64,000 nucleotides of DNA from the human T2T-CHM13v2.0 reference genome, Homo sapiens. Numbering within the stretch: the first letter of the stretch is position 1; each line of letters starts with the position of its first letter. The notes under the pieces are model-generated. The model saw nothing but the letters and a program-made list of their open reading frames with translations. It did not search any database and had not been told where the DNA came from. Below are positions 60,023 to 64,000 of the stretch, piece after piece. The DNA lies in the NCBI RefSeq assembly GCF_009914755.1, contig NC_060932.1; one strand, 5' to 3'. The position numbers were made by a program, and so were the translations under genes.

Positions 60023-61563
60023 AAAGCTTTTAATTTTTTGCACTAAAAGCAAAAAATACTTTTACTTTAAATATAAACAAATGACTTTTTTGCATATACA
60101 AAAAATCTTAAAGTTAACCTGTAAAATTTCCAATTTAGTAGAAGTTACTCCTTCATAAAATTATTTGTCAAGATATATCTGAACAGATATATAATTGATT
60201 ATTCTTATTCTTTTGTTGTTGTTGTTGTTGTTGAGTTGTTCTAAGTAAAGACAATTCAAGTTTCAATGTATGATGTTTTTCAAAAGTTAATGAGAAAAAA
60301 GTTAATGGATATGTAGGAATTTATAGCACCTGGATAGAAATAGTTCTATAATATAAAAATGGACATTTTCATTACAAACACATACACGATAATAGTGCCC
60401 AAACAATCTGATGTTAAAATAAGCTAATTTTATATCTCGCAGTGATGGGAGAGTCATTCTCTGGGTGTATTTGGCCTATTAAAAACATTTAAATATTTCA
60501 TTTAGTTTGACTACACTGGGTTTTTAAAAATGATATAGATGCTTTATCTTAATTGTTTAAGGTTTATTAGTATTGGAGTCTCCATCCTACCAATTTCATT
60601 ACAGTATTGACTGCATTTTATTGTTTTATTTGAATAAAATCTAAAAGGAGGAAATAGAAGAAGAGGGGATTGCAAACAGATTTAAAAGTTTAATTATTAA
60701 TTTTTTTTCTATCCTGTCAGAGAAAAGCACAGGGCATGTTTACATGTTTTATTTGGGTGAATATCTCAGTTTACCCGTTCTACATAGGAGATGACTAGAA
60801 TTGCAAATGAACCCAGATGGTGGAATTTTCTTTTCTAAACAAGCTGGCCAAATATTTATAAGTTTTACACACTTAACGTTTTAGCTTTTGCTGGTGAAGC
60901 ATATCTACTAAATTTCACCAGAAGTTCCAGTAAAAGTGTATGGATTATGGTCAGCAGCATTTGGGTAAGACATTTGGGCAGATTTCTGACCTTGCCGGGT
61001 CTCTGTAGTGTATGTGTTAGTAACTTTTACAGATCACTTGATAGAACAGTGAGGATGAACTGTAATCATTAGAAGCGTACTGCCTGTCTACCTATGTTTA
61101 AATGTGAACCTTGATGGAGCTGCTTTTTTGTTAAGACTCAACTGAGATTTAAAAACTCAATACTCAAACTAAGTTGGTGTTATGTATAAAGCTTTGACAG
61201 TCTATATCTGCAAAGTTTTGTCTTTTATTCTCTTTGTTGAGCAAAATGTGTGAATAACCAGTCTTTAAATATGAGCCTGTAAAAAAGAAAGATCATAGGA
61301 TAGTATTTTGAGTTTATCCAGTAAAAATAATTGAGAATGTTAGAAATCTCTATGATAATAAAAAGATCACGAGACAAATTAATTCGTGATTAATAAAAAT
61401 AATGATAATGGCTATTTCTTGAGTATTTACAATGTACCAGGAATATGTTAAGTGATACCTGCATACTCTCATTTGATTGCTAAGTGAGAATTATTTACTT
61501 TGTGCATTAACTTAAAAAAAATCCTGTCTTAGGCTTATTAATCACATCACTGTAATAATAGTA

Positions 61564-61642
61564 TTAGGTTGGTGCAAAAGTAATTGCAGTTTTGACTATT
61601 ACTTTTAAATGGCAAAACCACAATTACTTTTTCACCAACCTA
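61564..61642. mobile_element. MADE1 (Hsmar1-derived MITE)
   Basis: ttaggttggtgcaaaagtaattg...caattactttttcaccaaccta inverted repeats, TA flanks. Confidence 0.92.
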
Positions 61643-61694
61643 TAGTAGCTAGTATTTAGTAATATCATTAATAGTAATAGTAATATCATTTTCT

Positions 61695-61945
61695 AGATGA
61701 TTACTATGTGCCGGGCCATTTATATGAATTAACAGAATCAATCATGGCAAAACTCTTCAAGATGTATATTATATAAATATATTTAATATAAGTTATTAAG
61801 TTATTCTCATTTTAAGAAGTGAATATACTGAGATGTAGAAAAGCTGAGTCACTCACCTAAGGTCACATGGCTACTCGGTGTGGAGTGAAGACTCCAGAAG
61901 CAAGTCTGTCTGGCCTCAGAGATTGCATTCTTAACCACTATTCTG
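61695..61945 (-). mobile_element. MIR SINE
   Basis: tactatgtgcc...ctcatttt...actgag...aaggtcacatggcta...ttcttaaccacta. Confidence 0.6.
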
Positions 61946-62124
61946 TAATACCTCTCAAAGCTCTGTTCCTTACAAGTCCATGCTTATTGATATTGTCAGC
62001 TGATCTTTAGGGAGACCGTTCTCTTTCCTCCATGACTTTTGAACCTATGTCAGTGTTATCTCTCCTTCCCATCTGCTTCTCTCACCATTTGAGGATATTC
62101 TTGAGACACTGAGGGTGCAGAGTA

Positions 62125-62826
62125 AGTAATCTCTTAGTGTCCATGGGGGATTGTTTCCAAGACCCTCCCTCAACCGCTGATACCATAATTCAAAGATGCT
62201 CATGTCTTATATAAAACGGTGTAGTATTTGCTTAAAATCCATGCATATCCTCCTGTATACTTCAAATTCCTTCTAGATTACTTATAATACCTAATACAAT
62301 GTAAATTATATTATGTATATTTGTTAGTCTGTTCTCATGCTGCTAATAAAGATATACCTAAGACTGGATAATTTATAAAGAAAAAGAGGTTTAATGGACT
62401 CACAGTTCCAAATCGCTGAGGAGGCCTCACAGTCATGGCAGAAGAGAAAGGAAGAGCAAAAGGACGTCATACATGGTGGCAGGTAAGAGAGCTTGTGCAG
62501 GGAGAACTCCCATTTATAAAACCATCAGATATTGTGAGAGTTATCACTACCACAATATGGGGGAACCACCCCCATGATTCAATTATTTCCACCTGGCCTG
62601 GCCCTTGACACGTGAGGATTGTTACAATTCAAGGTGAGATTTGGGTGGGGACACAGTCAAACCATATCATTATGTAAATAGTTATTATACTGTATTGTTT
62701 AGGGAATAATGACAAGAAAAAAGTCTTTACGTGTTCAGTGTAGACAAAATTCATTTTCCAAACATTTTTTATCTGAAGGTGGTTGCATCAATGGGTGAAG
62801 GACCCACAGATTGGGAAGGCCAACTG
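62125..62826. mobile_element. MER2 (TcMar-Tigger) split by a THE1 LTR
   Basis: ccatgggggattg...ctagattacttataatacctaatacaatgtaaat | tatgtaaatag...agggaataatgacaagaaaaaagtct...ggccaactg. Confidence 0.85.
62316..62669 (-). mobile_element. THE1 (THE1C/D-like) solo LTR
   Basis: gttctcatgctgctaataaaga...aaaccatatca; 5-bp TSD ttatg at 62311-62315 and 62670-62674. Confidence 0.92.
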
Positions 62827-64000
62827 TGTTTGTTAAACTGAAGCAAACTAAAGTTTACTGTTGTCCGTGCTGGGCTAAGGACCCTCTTTCATGCTTTGCT
62901 AGTGTCATCTTCATATCTTCGTTTTTGTACTTACTGAAAATTTGCTATTTAATGTATGTGGACTTAATTTTTCTTGAATTTAAAAATAATATTTTGAGTG
63001 AATAGATAGTCCTATTATTTTCAAAATTGTTAAACCCATCTTGAATAGCAGAGTTGAAGCATCACAGTAACTCCTGACATTGAGCAAGGGGAGATATTGA
63101 GGAACTAAAACATGAGTGAACATTTACAGGGCAAAAATCTGTCCAAAGGAGTAGAATTTCAATATTTCAGCATTGGAGGCCAGTCATTAATATGACATCG
63201 AGACCATGAAGGGGAGATGTTGGGGTACGGAATGGTGTGTTCTGGCAGAGAATAGATATCCGATGAGACATTCTGAATTGTGAAAGTTTCCACATGGGAG
63301 ATTTTCCAAGGAGTCAAAAATATATTAGAATCAATAAATGTCAGTAGCTTGCTTAGGCTTTTAAACCATTTTAATGTAGGAATATAAAGGCCTTGGCATA
63401 AACAAAAGCTAACTGTTCAGCCAGATCCACATGACTTGGATCATCTAAGATACTCACCTGACCTTGTCTTAGTTTAAATCCTGTTTTTAATCACTGCTGA
63501 GTTGTAATTCTTAGATGCTGAAAGGCAGATGAGGTAAAAATGTGTGGTACACATGTCTTTTCAACAGCATGGCCATATGTTGAGAATATTTGTGGTTCAA
63601 ATTAAAGTTTAAGACACTCCGTGCCATTTAATGAATTCTAGGCTAGCAATGATAAATAAACATTGACTCAGCAACACTGTTTGTTTTATGTGCTTGAGAC
63701 TTTACTTTGGACTGAGCCCTATAAACACACATGCACTTCTAACAGGACCGGCATTAACATAATACTCTGTGATACCAAGAAAATCTGGTCTGAAACATCA
63801 GCTCTGCCTGGATGAACAGCTCCATTTACTTATTACAAGAAACCATGGAAAATTGCATTTACAGCAGCAGTCTTATTTAATAACCTTCTATACTGGGTAC
63901 AATTTTAAGGTCACTTAAGAAATCCTGCAATTATTATTGCTTAATTTGAGACCAACTGATGGGGGATATCATGTTGTCTCTCTCCCACTTATTTTTCTAC

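Noticed and set aside
61564-61642. Long hairpin resembling a pre-miRNA
   Set aside because: Explained by MADE1 terminal inverted repeats; some MADE1 copies yield miR-548 family RNAs, but nothing here shows expression

Overview
Primate (human or great-ape) genomic DNA containing the complete six-exon GDAP1 gene on the + strand. The CDS is join(7762..7878, 8574..8766, 17428..17601, 19175..19269, 20235..20349, 21281..21663) = 1077 nt, 358 aa, with all introns GT-AG. The gene has a CpG-island promoter and a roughly 2.5 kb 3' UTR. The remaining ~40 kb is a transposon stack: an ancient + strand L1 interrupted by three Alus, a 5'-truncated L1PA, a Y3 RNA retrocopy and an ERV-L gag/pol remnant, followed by two full-length minus-strand L1s (L1PA7-like and L1PA3-like), THE1/MLT LTRs and DNA-transposon fossils. 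I see no convincing new protein-coding system. The best leads are: (1) private variants shared in patches between two L1s of different age 24.6 kb apart, suggesting gene conversion; (2) a self-templated 190-bp endonuclease-domain copy inserted into the RT region of the L1PA3 through a hairpin junction; (3) a minimal retro-insertion (5 nt + poly-A + TSD) at the GDAP1 3' end; (4) rewired ORF0 splice donors in the L1PA3. Repeat subfamily calls and consensus comparisons come from recalled consensus sequences and need Dfam/RepeatMasker confirmation.
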